A program made the position numbers and the translations under genes. This document shows, in pieces, positions 26,348-40,100 of a DNA stretch of 64,000 nt. This stretch comes from Octopus bimaculoides (Eukaryota). Position 1 is the first letter of the stretch, and every line of letters begins with the position of its first letter. The stretch spans positions 146,061,208 through 146,125,207 of the forward strand of contig NC_068984.1 of NCBI RefSeq assembly GCF_001194135.2, written 5' to 3'. Below the pieces are notes generated by a model that had not been told where the DNA came from, made no database searches, and saw only the letters and a list, made by a program, of their open reading frames with translations.

Positions 26348-29300
26348 CAGCCCCAGCATGGCTACAGCCTCAAGGCTGAAACATATAAAAGAATATGCAA
26401 CAAAATCTCCCTAAACTAGAAACCCTTAAAGATATATCACCTTTACTAGAATTAGAATCCCTTTGAAGAACAATCACACAATATCAATGTCTGGTATAAT
26501 ATACACAACAGAACAACCATAAACCAAGAACCATTTAATAAGTTCAACTCTATGAGAACACAAGATACAGAAGATTCACAGTTAACAAGTACATCAAACA
26601 TATATATCCATGTTGCTACAAATTTTCCATGGCTGGATACCCTTCCTGTTGCCAAATTTCAGCTGTTTCCAAGCTAATTTTCTCCCTCACTCTGTTTTCC
26701 CTGAATATGTGCTACTGAAATTGGGGTGTGTCTAATATGCTCAAGTATGTTTTATGTCATCAGATGTGGTAATCTTTTAGATTAATAATCCTTTTGGCCG
26801 CCAGCCAAATACTAACTGGACTGTTAACCTATTTCTCAGTAAAAAAATAGTTCCTTTTAAAATGAATGTCTCAATTATTTTTCCAGGAACTCCACAGTCT
26901 TTTAAAAGAACTCGGCACAAGATTGATGATCTCTATATTGTACAAGTGCCACCAAAGAAACAGAAAATTGGTAGAAATGATGGAACTGGATTGGTAAATG
27001 TCTGTTAAATTTTGTTGTAGCTGCTATCCTTGTTGTTGTCGTTGTTGTTGTTGTGGTAGCCTTCTTGTCCATCTCTGCAGATGAATCGAAGAAGTTGATC
27101 TGTGCTTTGAGCTGTGAATATTCTCTTTGTTGTGTGCATGTTAAACCATTCGGTCTTCTTGATACCTCATAAAGACTAAATCTTTGGTAATGCCGCCAAC
27201 AACCTAATAAATGGTGTGAAACATTTTCATTAAATTCAGCAATTACTCTAAATGTTCAAACATTATTGGTTGTTTTCTTTTAGCTTGTGATCCCACTGGT
27301 GCCCTATGAAAAAGGCACCCATTACGCTCTGTAAAGGGATTGGCATCAGGAAGGGCATCCAGCTGTAGAAACCCATCCAACCCATGAGGATGAGGAGGAG
27401 GATTGACACACAAAGACACACTCGTTAACCATTCCATTCAATCCCTATTTATAATTAATACTTAATTTATTAATTCCTGCCCTATTTTTTCAAGTGTCTG
27501 CAGTTAACTTTGGAAGGTCCTCCATTTTATGTTGTATAATATCAACATTATGTAGTGATGTTCATCCTTTAATAATGTGTGGGACTCTCTAAAATATAAC
27601 ACCTGATGTGACCTGATGTGACCTGATGTGACCTGATGTGACCTGATGTGACCTGATGTGACCTGATGTGACCTGATGTGACCTGATGTGACCTGATGTG
27701 ACCTGATGTGACCTGATGTGACCTGATGTGACCTGATGTGACCTGATGTGACCTGATGTGACCTGATGTGACCTGATGTGACCTGATGTGACCTGATGTG
27801 ACCTGATGTGACCTGATGTCCAGCATGATAGCAGTGGTCAGCAAAGTCCTTACCCTGCACTGTGATCGATGCCAGGATCGCCTGACTGGCCCCTGTGCCA
27901 GTGCCACATAAAAAGCACCAGCTGAACATGGCTGATGCCAAGACCGCCTGACTGGCTTCCATACAAGTGGCACATGAAAAGCACTATCCAAACGTGATTG
28001 ATATCAGGCCCACCAGGCTGGCTCCTGTGCTGGTGGCACGTAAAAAGCACTCACTACACTCTCAGAGTGGTTGGTGTTAGGAAGGACATCCCAGTTATAG
28101 AAACATTGCCAGATCAGATTGGAGCCTGGTGCGGCCGCTGGCTCTCCAGACCTCAGTCAAACCATCCAACCCATACCAGCATGGAAAACAGACTTTAAAC
28201 GATGGGTGGGATATGTCCATAAATCTTTTCTTCGGTCTTATGCTCACACTATGAGATATTTTGAACCCTTGTGAGAAGCCTGGGGCACTCACCATCAAAG
28301 TGACCTTACAGCTTCTTCTCCTCCTTCATAGACCAGATTTCTGATTCATGGAGAAGACTGCTCTCTACACACACCCTGAAGAAGGCCAGCTTTATTGACT
28401 TTGAAATACTTGCTTACCAGAGGCTATGTGACAGAGCTGCTCTTAACAGGACAATAGAAAATCATTGAGTTTGAACTCTGAATTATTAGTTTTGGTTTAA
28501 CATCCATGGCAGTCTTCTACTCAGCCAGGTCCTGTCAAACCATCCAGCCCATCCCAGCATGGAAAGCATATTTTAAATGATGATGGCGATGGTTTTCCAT
28601 GCTTGCATGGGCCAGACAGAATTTGTTGCTGCAAATTTTCTGTGGCTGGATACTCTTCCTGTTGCCAAACTTCAGCTGTTTCCTAGCTAAGTAATATTTC
28701 CCCCATGACCAGACATGTTTTCACAGAAGATTGGAAATTAATGACATGGCTTGCATGACAATAACACTTGTTTGCAACTATCACACAATGTCACGACAAG
28801 GAAACACAAACATACATTCACATGTTCACACATACACACACAGCTCAATGGTTTTACAATTGTGAGGTTGTAAGTTCGATTCCTGGGCCAGGCTGTGTTG
28901 TGTTCTTGGGCAAGACACTTTATTTCACGTTGCTCCAGTTCTCTCAGCTGTAGAAATGAGTTGCGACGTAACTGGTGCCAAACTGTATTGGCCTCTTTGC
29001 CTTTCCCTTGGATAACATCGGTGGTGTGGAGAGGGGAGGCTGGTATGCATGGGTGACTGTTGGTCTTCCATAAAACAGCCTTGCCCGGACTTGTGCCTGA
29101 GAGGGGAACTTTCTAGGTGCAGTCCCATGGTCATCACTGAAAGAGGTCTTTCACAGTGTCTGTGTACCAAATCCAGTCACAAGGATTTGATCATCCTGGA
29201 TCTATTCTAGAAAACTGAAACCAAAACCATGTGATAGGAAAGCAAACTTCTTACCACACAGCCAATGTGTTAAATTAGTCCAATCGTCTGCTGTTTATTC

Positions 29301-29838
29301 CTTTTTTACTGCCTTCAATGGTGGAATAATATCAAAACATTGAAGAATATTGGTTCATTGTGCCATGCATCTGTACAAGAATAAAATCATTGTGGCTCAG
29401 ATATGATTGTGAATATGGCACAGTGGCAATCCCAGAAGAAATTGTTTGTCTACCATATTACAGAATTTGGACAACACCGAGTGATATTTAATTAAGATAG
29501 CTTCATTAACATGAACGATGTGACATTATATTCTTGGAAATCTAAAGAACATAGAAAAACTTGTGAATAAATGCTAAAAGCATGCCTTAGTCATTTTTGT
29601 TCTCTGCTGTTTTTTGTTTTTATTTGAACATTTTTTATTGATATGTATTTGTTTTGTTTTTTTGCAGAATAACAAGAATGACTATTTTTGCTGGCTGTGT
29701 CATCGAGATGGGGAAGTTGTTTGTTGTGAATTATGTCCTCGAGTATACCATATCAAATGTCTTGGACTTGATGAGCCATTCCCTGAAGTGTGGGTCTGTC
29801 CTGAATGTGAGGTAAAAGTCAATATTTCACACATACAC

Positions 29839-29892
<54 letters not shown>

Positions 29893-30267
29893 ATAGTGTT
29901 TGTATAAAGCCAGTGATTCAGTCTGCTTGGAACTTGGTGTGTCTGGCAAACCTCACAGTGAGTCACTCCAGCATTGTCTGCTGATTGCTTTGCATGAAGC
30001 CCTGAGTCGTCACCGTTGTTTTAGCGTCCACTTGAAACAACCTTTCAGTTGTTCTGCCAACTTGTTTCTATTATAGGGTTAATTAACTCAAATGGTCATT
30101 GTTGGTTACACAATGTTTTTTGAAGATGTAAATGTATATCATCATCATCATCATCATCATCGTTTAACGTCCACTTTCCATGCTGGCATGGGTTGGACGA
30201 CTTGACAGGAGCTGTCCAGTCTCTGACTCTCTGTTTTGGCATAGTTTCTATGGATGGATGCCCTTCC

Positions 30268-30321
<54 letters not shown>

Positions 30322-32803
30322 GTGTGTGTGTGTGTGTAAAAGGGTCTAAGGGTAACTATAAAAATATTTCCCTTTGAAATTACTCTTATTTGTGGTTTGG
30401 GCTTTAACTGCCCTTTCTAGCATGTAAGGTGTCCTGTTAAAGGTCACCTTTTTTGTATATAAATACGTACGCTATCTTATATGAGAAATATATGTATATG
30501 TTTATGTGTGGGCAGGGTTGTCTGTATTAGAGAAAGGGGTTCTGAAAGCATAATAGGCAAGAATAGGGTGGATCAAGTTTAGGGAGGTATTACGTCAGCT
30601 GACGACAAGGGGATTGTACAATGCTTGCATATGAAGTGCAATGATGCATGATAATGGCAGCTCTGAATGCAGAGAATGTGTGAAGACTGGAATGATATGA
30701 AACAAGCGAGCTCGTCTGGTTGTGTAAACGTTAATGTGGATGAATGACATGGCACGGAGGAGACGAGAGAAAAACGGGGTTTATAAGAGGAATTAGGTGT
30801 AGAATGTGAAAAAGATGGTATGGACTTGTCATGTATTTGGGTAAAGAAATGCCAAGAGTTCCATGTTGAATGAAACAGTGAAAGAGGAAAGTCTGAAGAA
30901 GACAAAGGGGGGAAAAGTGGGATGAAGCTGATCTCAGGATGGTGAACTTCATAAATGAGATGGTAAAGGAACACAGCAAATAGTGAAATGCTGATTTGAA
31001 AAGAAGGAATCCTCAGACTCATGCAAGCAAGGAAAAGCAGATGTAAAAAATGATGATGCCTAAGTTGCATTAAAAATATGCCAAAGAAATACACAGTTGG
31101 GGCATTAAGTTTGTTATGGCCAACTTAGTTATCCCTCTGTTGTGTGTGTATGTGTGTCTCTCTCTCTTTCTCACAGTATTTTTATCAAATTTATGTCCAA
31201 ACTTTCCCATATCTTTACAGAAAATTATGAGAGCTGAATGCATTAATACAAGATCCAAGGCAATGTCTATGATATCTCATGAACAGTTTTGTGTTCTTCT
31301 GAAGTATGCTCTGAACAGAATGAAACACCAATCAGTAAGTTTCTGCTTTTCTCCCCCCCCCCCTCTCTTTCTCTGCTGCTGCTATCAGAAGTGGTACCAC
31401 CTAATTAATAAACATTTCCTTCATTCAAATTAGTCAGTTGTAACCAGGGGTGGGTTTAGACCCCATGACTATTACAAACCATTGATAAATACTACTGACT
31501 GTGTGATATAAGATGGTTGTTCTGGCAGCAGATACATCTATCAAGGAACTACCATAGAGTCTCCAATCTCTCTCTTAGATTTGGGGTCAATGTGGTAAGT
31601 ACCAGTAATGTGCTGAGGTCCATTTCCCCACCTGCTCAGACTAGCATTGTGCCAGTTTGGAGTTCAAGTAGAGTTCTGCATAAAATGCTTTACCATTTTT
31701 GTTTACATTTCTTTCTTGTGTATCCGAATTTTGATGAGTTTAATTGTTAATTTATTAACTCTTCCAGAGTTAATAAAATAAATAGCAATACCAGTTAAAT
31801 GCTGGGGTCAAGTTTAGACATCCTTCTAAAAATATTCGACTGTAAGAATATTAAAAATCATGATTTTCATCACAGAAGAATTATTGCTATTTTCTTCATT
31901 AACCTCCTCATCATCATCATAATAATAATAGCTGGCAGAATTGTTAGCCTGCCAGGCAAAATGCCTTGTGACATTTCATTCTTCCTTTTGTTTTGAGTTC
32001 AAATTCTAACAAAGGTCCTCTTTGCCTTTCGCCCTTTCAGAGTCGATAAATTAAATACCAGTGAAACACTGGGGTTGGCCTAATCGACTAGGCCCCTCCT
32101 CCCAAGTTTCAGGCCTTGTGCCTTTTGTAGAAAGGATTATTGTTATTATTATTATTATTGATGTTGTTTTCTTTTCTGTTCCCTTTTCAAGAGTTCTCCA
32201 TTCCGTCAACCAGTAGACTTATGTGCAGTACCCAATTACCATGATTTTATTTACCATCCAATGGATCTTAACACAGTTGAAAAGGTTAGTTCCAGGGTTC
32301 TTCTTTCAGGTTTATGGCAACAGTTTTTGGGGGCTATTTTTTTTTTTTTTTTTTNNNNNNNNNNNNNNNNNNNNNNNNNNNNNNNNNNNNNNNNNNNNNN
32401 NNNNNNNNNNNNNNNNNNNNNNNNNNNNNNNNNNNNNNNNNNNNNNNNNNNNNNNNNNNNNNNNNNNNNNNNNNNNNNNNNNNNNNNNNNNNNNNNNNNN
32501 NNNNNNNNNNNNNNNNNNNNNNNNNNNNNNNNNNNNNNNNNNNNNNNNNNNNNNNNNNNNNNNNNNNNNNNNNNNNNNNNNNNNNNNNNNNNNNNNNNNN
32601 NNNNNNNNNNNNNNNNNNNNNNNNNNNNNNNNNNNNNNNNNNNNNNNNNNNNNNNNNNNNNNNNNNNNNNNNNNNNNNNNNNNNNNNNNNNNNNNNNNNN
32701 NNNNNNNNNNNNNNNNNNNNNNNNNNNNNNNNNNNNNNNNNNNNNNNNNNNNNNNNNNNNNNNNNNNNNNNNNNNNNNNNNNNNNNNNNNNNNNNNNNNN
32801 NNN

Positions 32804-32837
<34 letters not shown>

Positions 32838-35800
32838 AGTGTGTGTGTGTGTGTGGTAAGTAGCTTGCTTACCAATCACATGGTTCCGGGTTCAGTCCCA
32901 CTGCGTGGCACCTTGGGCAAGTGTCTTCTACTATAAGCCTTGGGTCGACCAAAGCCTTGTGAGTGGATTTGGTAGACGGAAACTGAAAGAAGCCCGTCGT
33001 ATATGTTTGTGTGTCTGTGTTTGTCCACCCACCATCGCTTGTCAACCGATGTTGGTGTGTTTACTTCCCCGTAACTTAGCGGTTCGGCAAAAGGAACCGA
33101 TAGGATAAGTACTAGGCTTACAAAGAATAAGTCCTGGAGTCAACTTGTTCTACAGTGCTCCAGCATGGCTGCAGTCAAATAAGTGAAACAAATAAAAGAA
33201 TATATACATATGTATATAGGCGCAGGGATGGTTGTGTGGTTCAGAAACTCACTTTTCAACCAAGTGGTTTCTGTTTCAAATTTGTGAATGAATTTGGTAG
33301 ACGAAAAGTGTATGGAAACCTATCATGTGCCTATATACATGTATGTGTGTGTGTCTTTTGTTTACATCCCTGTCACTTAGTGGTTTGGCAAAAGTGACCA
33401 ATGGAATAAGTATCAGACTTAAAAATATGATTGGTCATGAAGGCCCTGAAAAGGGCCATGGCTTCTGCCTTTCCCTTCTTTCCGAACAAGGGAAAAATAA
33501 AACTTACCTGTTTTTGAGAAAGTAAGCCGAAATGATTACAGCTGGAATATCTTTGATTAGAAATGGCACTTGCAGGAACTTTCATCAGCTGGAATGCTTT
33601 GACTACACATGGCATTTAGGATATCTTTGACCAGCCGATAATACCTTTCATTAAGGATGGTGTCTGGTTTACCTTCGATTAGGGAAGGCACCTGAGGGTA
33701 AATGCTAGCAACAGGAGCAACTATTCTCTTCGGTCCTGTTAATATTCTTTATTCTCTTTTCGTAAATTAAAATAAATTTAGAATTTTAAAATAAATTACA
33801 TGATGTTTAAAATTTAGAAGGAATCATTATTCTCAAAAAGAAACCGTGCTGATTCCAATTTTATTTCTCTTTCTTTTCTTTAATTCTTCCAGAATATCAA
33901 AAGCAACAAATACGGTTCCACCGAAGCTTTTTTAGCAGATGTCAAGTGGGTCTTGCATAACTGTATCATATTCAATGGAAGTAAGTGGACCAATTCTTCT
34001 TTGGTAATAGTAGAAGGGGCTGGGGTATTAATCTTACAAACTTTGTTTTTGTTTTTGCAGTATATGCAATTGAGGTTATTTTAATTTAATAAAACAACAG
34101 CTACTGGCTTATTGATAGTGTGTATACATTATGCCTGATACACAGATGGCTGTTAAAATTTTTTTGTGTCGCTCAATACAGATATCTTCATGAATCAGTC
34201 TTTGAAACAACATTCTTTAAAATTGTCTTCAATTGGTGTCTCGGTTGATATGAAACTTAGACATTAGTAGCATAACAAGTTAGCTTCTTCTGTTCAAAGA
34301 TAATATATTCTCTTGTATTTTGACACTTTTACTGTAAAATTGCTTGTATCTTAAATGGCCAAAATCACACTACCAAGACACAGATTCTATTCCTACAATT
34401 GTGGTATTGTTTTTGTTTGATGCCCTTCCAGTTGCTAACCCTTAACTGTTTCTCAAGTCAGAAGTTTTTTCATTCCATTGGTCTTTGAAAGTGGAGAACC
34501 AGTGGATGATTTGTTGAGAGAAAATGTCAAAAATACCACCATTTGTAGCTCAATGTTTTTTCCGTGCAAAGTGCAGAATGTAACACACACATAAATAGCA
34601 AGATTCGATACAGTTTCCACTCACAAGACATTGGTTGGACTGAAACTGCAGTAGATGACATTTGTGTGTAAGGTGTCATGCAATGAGATAGAATTTAAGA
34701 TTGTGTGATAGCAAATCTATCTCAGTGTCCACCCAGCCATGCCTATGCCTTTGAAATCAAGCATGGCAGTGTGCTAAAAAGCTTGCTTCCCAACCATTTG
34801 GTCTCAGGTTCAATCCTACTGCATGCCACCTTGGGAAAGTGTCTTCTAGTGTAGTCTTGGGCCAACCAAAACCTTATGAGTGGATTTGGTAGGTGGAAAC
34901 TGAAAGAAGCTCATTGTGTGTGTGTGTATGCACATGCATATTGGCCACAGAAAGGGCATTTGGCCACAGAAAATCCACTTCAACAAAATTCCTTCTGACA
35001 CATACCAGCAGGGAAAAGTGGATTTTAAAATGATGGTGTGTGTCTGTGTGTCTGTTAACCTTGAACATCAATGAGAAAATGATTCCATTGTGTAATTTGT
35101 CTGTCAACAGCTCACCATAAACTAACTGCAAGTGCTAAGATGATCATAAAGATATGCAAACATGAGGTAAGTCATGTGGTTCTTTATTTGTTTGTTTTGC
35201 AGTTTTCTCTTGATTTAGTTTTTAATCTGTTCTGCCCTCGATTTTGCTTTATTCATTTTAAGAGCAATGTTGTCAGAAAGAAAAAGGGAATCATTCCATT
35301 TTCTTTGTTTGGATTTTTCTTGTGCTGGGGATACGTACATGGGAGTCGAATACTTGAGTCAATTTAATCAGCTAAACTCCATTTGCTCAGATGCTGTTTT
35401 ATTTTGTGCAAAATAGAAATTCCTGCACCCGACAATATATTCAGCAGGAATTCTTCCAGCTCTTTTACGTTCTGAGTTCAAATCTTGCTGAAGTCAACTT
35501 TGCTTTCCAATCCTTTCAGGGTTGATAAAATAAATACCAGTCAAGTTCTGGGGTTGATGCCATTAACTTACCCCTCCCTCCTAAAATTGCAGGTTTTGTG
35601 TCAGAAACTATTATTATTATCATTATTATTATTATTCAAGGCGGTGAACTGGCAGAATCGTTAGTGTGCTAGATGAAATGCTTAGCAGTATTTTGCCCGT
35701 CGCTACGTTCTGAGTTCGAATTCTGCCGAGGTTGACTCTACCTTTCATCCTTTCGGGGTCAATTAAGTAAGGACCAGTTGAACGGGGGGTGGGTGGGGTG

Positions 35801-37088
35801 TAATTGACTCATCCCCTACCACAAAACTGCTGCCCTTGTGGAAAAATTTGAAACCATCATTATTATTATTATTATTATTATTGGTTAGATGGTTAGCTGG
35901 CAGAATTGTTAGCACGCTGGGTGAAATGCTTAACAGCATTTCGTCTGCCTTGACAGTCTGACTTCAAATTCCACCAAGGTCAACTTTGCCTTTCGTCCTT
36001 TCAGGGTCGATAAATTAAGAACCAGTTACACACTGAGGCCTATATAATCAACTATCCCCCTCCCCCAAATTTCTGGCTTTGTGCTTATGGTAGAAAGGAT
36101 TATTATTATTATTATTATTATTATTATTGTTCAGTAGTTTTATTTTTATAACGTGCTTTCACTTCACTACCGAGCGCAGCTCTGTGCGCCTTGGGTATGT
36201 GCTGTGGTTTGCTGTGGTGCTCTTATGTTTACTTTATTGAAAGTGTTTTGCGTAGGATGTGTGCAGTACCCAGTAGTGCAATTTTCTGTATGTTATATAT
36301 ATTTGTAAGTCCTGGTGTTTTTGTTATGTATTTGTCTGAATATTTTTTTATTATACCTAAGGCCCCTACTATAATAGGAATTGTTTCTGTTTTTAGATTC
36401 CACNNNNNNNNNNNNNNNNNNNNNNNNNNNNNNNNNNNNNNNNNNNNNNNNNNNNNNNNNNNNNNNNNNNNNNNNNNNNNNNNNNNNNNNNNNNNNNNNN
36501 NNNNNNNNNNNNNNNNNNNNNNNNNNNNNNNNNNNNNNNNNNNNNNNNNNNNNNNNNNNNNNNNNNNNNNNNNNNNNNNNNNNNNNNNNNNNNNNNNNNN
36601 NNNNNNNNNNNNNNNNNNNNNNNNNNNNNNNNNNNNNNNNNNNNNNNNNNNNNNNNNNNNNNNNNNNNNNNNNNNNNNNNNNNNNNNNNNNNNNNNNNNN
36701 NNNNNNNNNNNNNNNNNNNNNNNNNNNNNNNNNNNNNNNNNNNNNNNNNNNNNNNNNNNNNNNNNNNNNNNNNNNNNNNNNNNNNNNNNNNNNNNNNNNN
36801 NNNNNNNNNNNNNNNNNNNNNNNNNNNNNNNNNNNNNNNNNNNNNNNNNNNNNNNNNNNNNNNNNNNNNAGCCAGAGATAATATGATTTATTGTTTCTTG
36901 TCCATCTCCACAAATTCTACAGTTACTTGTTATGTTTCTTTTCATTATATGTTTTTGGTAATTTCTGGTGGGGAGGCTTTGGTCTTGTGCAGCAATTAAA
37001 AATCCTTCAGTCTCTGTTTTGAGTCCTGAGCTTCTCAACCATTGCTGGGATTTTTCTCTGTCTATTTCTTTTGCATTTAGTTTAGCCC

Positions 37089-37138
<50 letters not shown>

Positions 37139-40100
37139 CTTTTGATAAAGCATATCCACAGCCTGCTTTCAATTTTCACTTGAGCCATTTCATTGCATTT
37201 ATGTCTTTTATTGATATAGACTCCACAACAACACTGTTTCCTTAGAAAATTACTATTTGTAAATCTCACAATGAGAAATATTCAGCAACAGTACTTTGGA
37301 GTAAAGATTGTTAACATAACATGGCAGTCCTGGTTTAGCCCCAGGAGACATCATCTCCAGCTGGCTATACGACATGATCTGTGTTCTTATATTTTGTTTT
37401 AAGCTGAGTGGGGATGCTAGATTCCCTTGTTCGAAAATGTAAAGACACAGATCATGTCGTATAGCCAGCTGGAGACGATGTCACCTGGGGCTAAATTACA
37501 GTAACATTCGTCCTAAACCAGGACTGCCATGTTATGTTGGCAAACAATTTTTACTCCAAAGTACTGTTTCCCTCTGTTTTAATGATCTGAAGCCTACAAA
37601 AGAAACACTGCTGTTGTTGCTGCTATAACATGAACAGTTCCGTTTTCTGCATTGAATCTTATTCCCTGTCTTTGTTCTCCTGCTTCGTTGTCTGTTGCAG
37701 GTGGCAGAGATTGAAATCTGTCCCGACTGCTATGCTCGATCCTGTGAACAATCAAACGATGAATGGTTTTGTGAACCCTGTGTAAGTAATTCATTTCTTC
37801 TGAGAGAGTCTTTTGTGTAGCTTTGTAGAAACCAAATCTTCTTCAGATCACACCTTACAACCTTGATGAACGAAGGGCACATCAGCTAATGCAGTTCTGG
37901 ATCCAGTAAGCAGTATTAGAATGGAGTGGTGTGGGGGGGAGGGTGTAAATTTGGTGTTAGGAGTCTGCTTCACCTGTAGATGATGCTTGGATGCACAGCA
38001 GAGCAGATGGAATGTGAGTCATAGAGACCTCTCTCACTACACATTGCATTTATGTGATCCTACATGGACTCAGTGATTCAAGAGTTGAGACATGAATGGA
38101 GCTCATAGATGAGAAAATATTTAATGGAGATTTTCATGTCAGACGCAGTGAGAAGCTTTGTTGATGTCTGGGCCAACAACACTGCTTTCACCATTTTTCT
38201 CTGAGATGATTTCTCTTGTGTGGGTGGGTAGTGAGTTGCAAAGTAGGTCTCCAGAAGATAACATCATTATCACCCTCACCACCATCACCATTTAACGTCT
38301 GTTTTCCATGGTTACATGGGTTGGATGGTTTTTGACAGGATCCAGTGAGCCATAAGGCTGCATTGAGCTCCAATGTAGTAAGCTTTGGCACGCTTTCTAC
38401 AATTTAATGCCAACCATTTTACAGAATGTATTCAGTGCTGTGTTTTTTTTTTTTTGCAACGCTGATGAAGTCACCATGCAGCTGACAAGACTACAAATTC
38501 CCATCTGGGTGTGGAGGAGGGGTCGTGCTTTTTATGCTAGGAGAGAGAAGAGGGAATACCTGGAGGTACAAAGAGATAGTGGTAACAAGGCGTCCAGGTG
38601 TTCCCTCAGGTGTGAAATGAGTAGAAGAGAAATGGAACAAGAACTAAGAGTGTGAGGTGGGGGGGGGGCAATTTCTATATAATTTTCCATTCTAATTGTA
38701 TCTGTTTTTTGTTTCCTCTTTTAATTAGAGCCATCCACACCAGATTGTTTGGGCAAAGTTAAAAGGGTATCCATTTTGGCCTGCAAAGGTGAGTATTTCA
38801 TTGTTTTAAGCCTCATTTCTTCTTGATTCTGTTATAGAGTGTATCCATAACACTTATCAGATCATTTCTATCAATCAAACATCTCAGACTGTATATTCAT
38901 TTCTTCTTCAAACTTTCCTGTCTTCATACACACACACACACACACACACACTGCCAGAATTATCATAGTGCTTATTATATATAATCTATGGTCATGCTTG
39001 TCACAATGTCCATATGTTCTACAGTATTTGTTCCCTTTTTTTTTTCCAATCAGGCATTGCGGGAAAAAAATGGCATGGTAGATGTACGGTTTTTTGGTGC
39101 CCATGATCGGTAAGGCTATATTTAATTTCACTTAATTTTAATAAGATTTCGTTTAATTGTTTCGCAGTGTTTTTTGTTCCCTCTGAGGGCAGGTTTCTTA
39201 TTAATATATAAGAAAATATTATTTACAAATTATGTAAATAGGGTTTGTCCATTTTGCTCTGTAAAGAGCAAAGGGTGATTTCTCAGTTTCTCTGGTGTTT
39301 ATGTTCCTCCCTGGATGGGATGCTGGTCCCTTGCAGGATGACTCATTTTGACCAGCTGAGTAGACTGCTCAAAAAAAAAATACATCGTCTGGTCCAGGAA
39401 TTGAAACCACAATCTTTCAATCACAAGTTCAACCCCCTAAATACTCAGCCATGCACCTCTGATATGTAAATATGTCTCCTCCTCCTCATTATTATTTTGC
39501 ATCTGCTTTCCAAGCTGACATGGGTTGGACAAGTCATCACAATCCAAGTCATTTAACATTGTTAATTACTGCCCTCCTGGATGGGTTAGAGGGCCTTTTT
39601 GTTCATATGTTTCATAGAAGACATAACTATATTTCAAAAGAACCAATAAACAATTCTTGCTTTCAGTGTCATTTCAAAAACCTTCAAACTCTTCTTGGGA
39701 CTCATAGACTTGATTGTTGAGCTCTGGATATTTTCCCTGAAAGAAACCATCCTTCATGCAAACTAAATATTCATCTAGTTTGTCACACTGCAGTCCACAT
39801 GATTCAATACTGTGTGATTTGTCAGCCAAACTGTGTCCCCCATGGACAGCCACATCATAATCATCAATGGTTTAGTTTTCCAAATGCGACTCACTGTGGG
39901 ATGGAGGGCTATAATGATGGGAAACGTGGCATTCATCATCATCGCTTAACATCCACTTTTCCATGCTTTCATGGATCAGACAGTATTTATTGAGACAGAT
40001 ATTCTATGGCTAGACGCTCTGCCTGTTGCCAGCCCTCACCTTTTTCCAAGCAAGGTAATTTTTCCCCATGGTTGAACTTGTTTGCATGGAAGATTAGAAA

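Noticed and set aside
27504-27991. ORFs with a [10 protein letters not shown] repeat
   Set aside because: Translation artefact of the 10-bp minisatellite
27821-28060. CRISPR-like spaced repeats
   Set aside because: Degenerate tandem units of an RTE 3' UTR with no unique spacers and no cas genes; the context is eukaryotic
30579-31094. 171-aa minus-strand ORF
   Set aside because: No recognisable domain or splice context; at best a heavily decayed retroelement
33430-33740. Minus-strand open frame with a CAG|gtaagt donor
   Set aside because: No pyrimidine-rich acceptor; the plus strand has RTE-like remnants (NFHQ..C, GLPSI)
33971-33979. Bromodomain FN instead of YN before the acetyl-lysine-binding Asn
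   Set aside because: Phe at this position occurs in functional bromodomains and the Asn is intact, so it is not evidence of lost function
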